Below are positions 62,201 to 64,000 of a stretch of DNA of 64,000 bases, in pieces. The stretch comes from Patescibacteria group bacterium (GTDB taxonomy: Bacteria > Patescibacteriota > Microgenomatia > UBA8517): assembly GCA_025999275.1 (NCBI GenBank), contig AP024680.1, forward strand, positions 684,522 through 748,521, written 5' to 3'. The first letter of the stretch is position 1. Each line of letters opens with the position of its first letter. The translations under genes and the position numbers were made by a program. The notes below the pieces were generated by a model. It did not search any database and was not told the DNA's origin. It was given only the letters and a program-made list of their open reading frames with translations.

Positions 62201-64000
62201 TTCATCAGGAAATATAAGAGCTAATACTGATTTATACATTGCGGGAACTGCCTTGTCTGCCAATACTTCAACAACATCAGGTGCATCAAAGGTTGGTCTA
62301 TATGATGATTCAATGACATATATATCAGGTAATACCAATGTTCAATCTGCTATTAAACAACTTGATACTGCAATAGGTAGCCTTTCAGGATCAGCTGGTG
62401 GATGGACTGATGATGGAACAATTGTAAGACTTACTACTTCAACTGATAGAGTTGGTATTGGTACAACATCTGTTAATGCAAATACAAAGCTTGGTGTTCT
62501 TGGAGGTGTTGCCATTGGAAGCCAGACCTACTCTGATGCTCAAGCTCCTACTAATGGAATGATTGTTGAGGGTAATGTGGGAATTGGAACTACCAACCCA
62601 TCCACTTTCAAACTTGAAATAGCCGGCTCAGTCGGCCCATCAGCTGATAACACATACAATCTTGGTTCTTCATCAAGAAGATGGGCAAACATCTACGGAA
62701 CCAATATCTACGGCAATATAACTCCCTCTGGTTTTACCCAAGGATCTGTAATCTTTGCTGGCACTGGAGGAGTTCTTTCTCAAAACAACTCTCAATTCTA
62801 TTGGGACAATGCTAATTACAGGCTAGGAATTGGAACAACAACCCCATCTGTTTCCATTGATTCAACTGGAAGTTTAAGACTTACAGCTGGAACTTTCCAA
62901 ATTGGCAACGCTGCAAATGCAGCTTACAATAGAATTGGCACTTCAGCTACCAACCGTGGACTTTCCGCTGCAAACGATCTCTTGATCAATGGTAAACTCG
63001 AAGTCGACCAAGCCCTATTCCCTGATTCAGGTATTTACGGTTCAGCTGGAACACTGGTTGTTAACTTTCCTAACAACGACGCCTGGTTCTCAGATGAAGT
63101 TTGGGTTGATGGAAAAATTGGTATTGGCACAACATCACCTGTTTCAAAATTCCATGTCAGATGGTCCAACACTAATTGCGGCAGCCAATGTTTCACAGAT
63201 GCGGCAGTCTTTGAAAATAACGGTAATGTATTTCTTCAATTAATGGGTAGTAATTCTGGCGAAAAATCTGTTAATTTTGGATCACCAACAAACGGTGCCG
63301 CAGGCGCCATAAAATTTAACTACCACAATTTGAATGAATTAAGCTTTTGGACTGGAGGCAATGTTGAACAAATGGTAATTAGAGAAAATGGGAAAGTCGG
63401 CATCGGGACGACGGCGCCGGGGATGAAATTAGACGTCTCTGGAGATATAAGAGCAAGTGGAGAAACAATTGGAACTATCGGGAGTGGATACGGCCAATTT
63501 AGAGCAATATCTGGCAACTATGGCTTTATGCTTAGAAATGATGGGTCAAATACCTATTTTCTTCTTACTGCTTCTGGTAATCAATATGGTAGCTGGAATA
63601 GTTTAAGACCATTCCGTATAGCTAATGCCACTGGCGATGTGGCCCTTGGAAATGATACCTTGTATGTAGTTCACGGCGGCAACGTCGGCATCGGGACGAT
63701 AAGTCCACTACGCAAACTTGAAGTAAACAATGCAATGAAATTTACAAATAATTCTGCCGATACCAATGATGGTGTAATCGGCACCGCGCCTTTTCTTGCT
63801 GGACTTAATATCGTTGGTATTAACACTGATGGTGGCGGTCGCAAAATAAACTATTGGGGTTCACTTATTCAGAATGAGAACCCCGTTGGGAATACCTTTA
63901 TTGGTAATACATTTTTCCCTGGCTCTGGGGTTTGGAATTCAGCCGGCAACGTCGGCATCGGGACGACAAATCCGGGTTATAGATTAGTAGTAAGTCAAAC
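59277..64000 (+). CDS. Giant protein (partial, >1570 aa; not in ORF track): two integrase core-binding (SAM-like) domains, TM, GNVGIGTT-repeat fibre
   Basis: Hand translation: FLQYLKSCNVSEKTLRYYKSDIAMFSAW...TINRRLSTLRTFSKFL; FSSYLESQKVSALTRKNYLADINQFSRW...ATKDRKISSLKKFFTW...NP; TM YINFAILTIFAAGLGFGIY; LSFQGRLT; more than ten xGIGT(T) repeats; frame consistent at 60300, 63480 and 63960. Confidence 0.9.
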   Translation, partial: MIDRITQLFLQYLKSCNVSEKTLRYYKSDIAMFSAWLIFQAKSIGADCNNLQEALPFINKKTAKEYRDFLIKNGNSIQTINRRLSTLRTFSKFLFENELLSFNFAKKIKNISRSVFIPPLSQAINQFSSYLESQKVSALTRKNYLADINQFSRWVEKTGKKEVKEITSKDIKRYLIIELSNAPEATKDRKISSLKKFFTWAVQESKTNTNPVEEYLKDTAYLKPIEKSISELTEPSINRKVFGNYPSYESLKEKINAYIADKPKLQKLVYHLLYTRPKWYKAYHSLAISRYINFAILTIFAAGLGFGIYQQLFAKPQTPIAYPTQPVAPKRYLSFQGRLTNQYNTPITTATNIIFKLYDASTGGNVLWNSAGVSCSITPDQDGIFSILLGTQSGDGYTCTGISGIDASVFSENAEVWLGIKVGSDPEATPRIQIATVAYALNAETLQGYPINATGSATVNTVLTMNSGGEVVLAEVGPKIKSVSGNFGIQGEAITIQANGGGIPGDITLSPSSNGTVSILASGTTNDSLYIQNAQITSGALIHGYYGGTATNVDLLKLGAGPSESTKFLVESSGDTFIASGADLFIGGIGLNDNSSTSSGASLIGVFDDSMTYISGNTNVQSAIKQLDTAIGSLSGSASGWTDDGVIVRLTTSSDRVGIGTTIPNSANKLAVLGGVGIGSTAYTEAAGAPTNGMIVEGNVGIGTTAPLATLDVAGNILVNNGGTIDTRSAGTLTIGGTIQTGLTLGRSGATTTIAGSSVNVANLTTDGVVYTSGGNGTLNSEALLAISRGGTNSNATPTAGAVAYGTGTAYAFNTAGTSGQPLLSGGTGAPTFGTLGLTYGGTNADLSGVATGGLIYKGASALAGTSALTGILQGNGSSAPSAITGTVNYIPKWSSSAPYLTATSLIYDDGTNVGIGTTVPTKGKLNVLGSVAIGSTAYTETSGAAPTNGMIVEGNVGIGTTAPAYKLDVSGDIYSSGNIRANTDLYIAGTALSANTSTTSGASKVGLYDDSMTYISGNTNVQSAIKQLDTAIGSLSGSAGGWTDDGTIVRLTTSTDRVGIGTTSVNANTKLGVLGGVAIGSQTYSDAQAPTNGMIVEGNVGIGTTNPSTFKLEIAGSVGPSADNTYNLGSSSRRWANIYGTNIYGNITPSGFTQGSVIFAGTGGVLSQNNSQFYWDNANYRLGIGTTTPSVSIDSTGSLRLTAGTFQIGNAANAAYNRIGTSATNRGLSAANDLLINGKLEVDQALFPDSGIYGSAGTLVVNFPNNDAWFSDEVWVDGKIGIGTTSPVSKFHVRWSNTNCGSQCFTDAAVFENNGNVFLQLMGSNSGEKSVNFGSPTNGAAGAIKFNYHNLNELSFWTGGNVEQMVIRENGKVGIGTTAPGMKLDVSGDIRASGETIGTIGSGYGQFRAISGNYGFMLRNDGSNTYFLLTASGNQYGSWNSLRPFRIANATGDVALGNDTLYVVHGGNVGIGTISPLRKLEVNNAMKFTNNSADTNDGVIGTAPFLAGLNIVGINTDGGGRKINYWGSLIQNENPVGNTFIGNTFFPGSGVWNSAGNVGIGTTNPGYRLVVSQ

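Noticed and set aside
60078-63517. Short ORFs listed in the track over the last 4 kb
   Set aside because: Shadows of the long + strand frame, which the track omitted because it has no stop in the window

Overview
AT-rich bacterial chromosome segment with the gene style of a Patescibacteria/CPR (probably Microgenomates) genome; the taxonomy is inferred, not searched. The housekeeping backbone includes queA, rpmG, rpsU, rnhB, secE-nusG, rplKAJL, uppS, a polyprenyl synthase, an archaeal-type isopentenyl phosphate kinase, mreB, rsmI, ndk, argS, leuS, comEA and a split comEC, plus five tRNAs. Four accessory structures stand out. (1) A >1570-aa ORF missing from the ORF track (59277 to the window end) fuses two tandem tyrosine-recombinase core-binding domains, a TM helix and a giant GNVGIGTT-repeat fibre containing a phage tail-fibre-like module. 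(2) A RAYT (Y1 HUH transposase) sits with 13 copies of a 21-bp REP, three 60-bp fixed-geometry doublets, and in-frame copies inside genes. (3) A surface-protein locus at 22.9-35.4 kb is built from near-identical modules: one promoter/signal cassette on three different passengers, and one 1.57-kb constant stalk under two different Cys/Tyr-rich tips, interleaved with isoprenoid genes. (4) Composite non-coding elements carry 74-bp inverted repeats and heptamer arrays. A cluster of homopolymer frameshifts at 13.9-16.9 kb is probably assembly error. No CRISPR array, rRNA or reverse transcriptase was seen.
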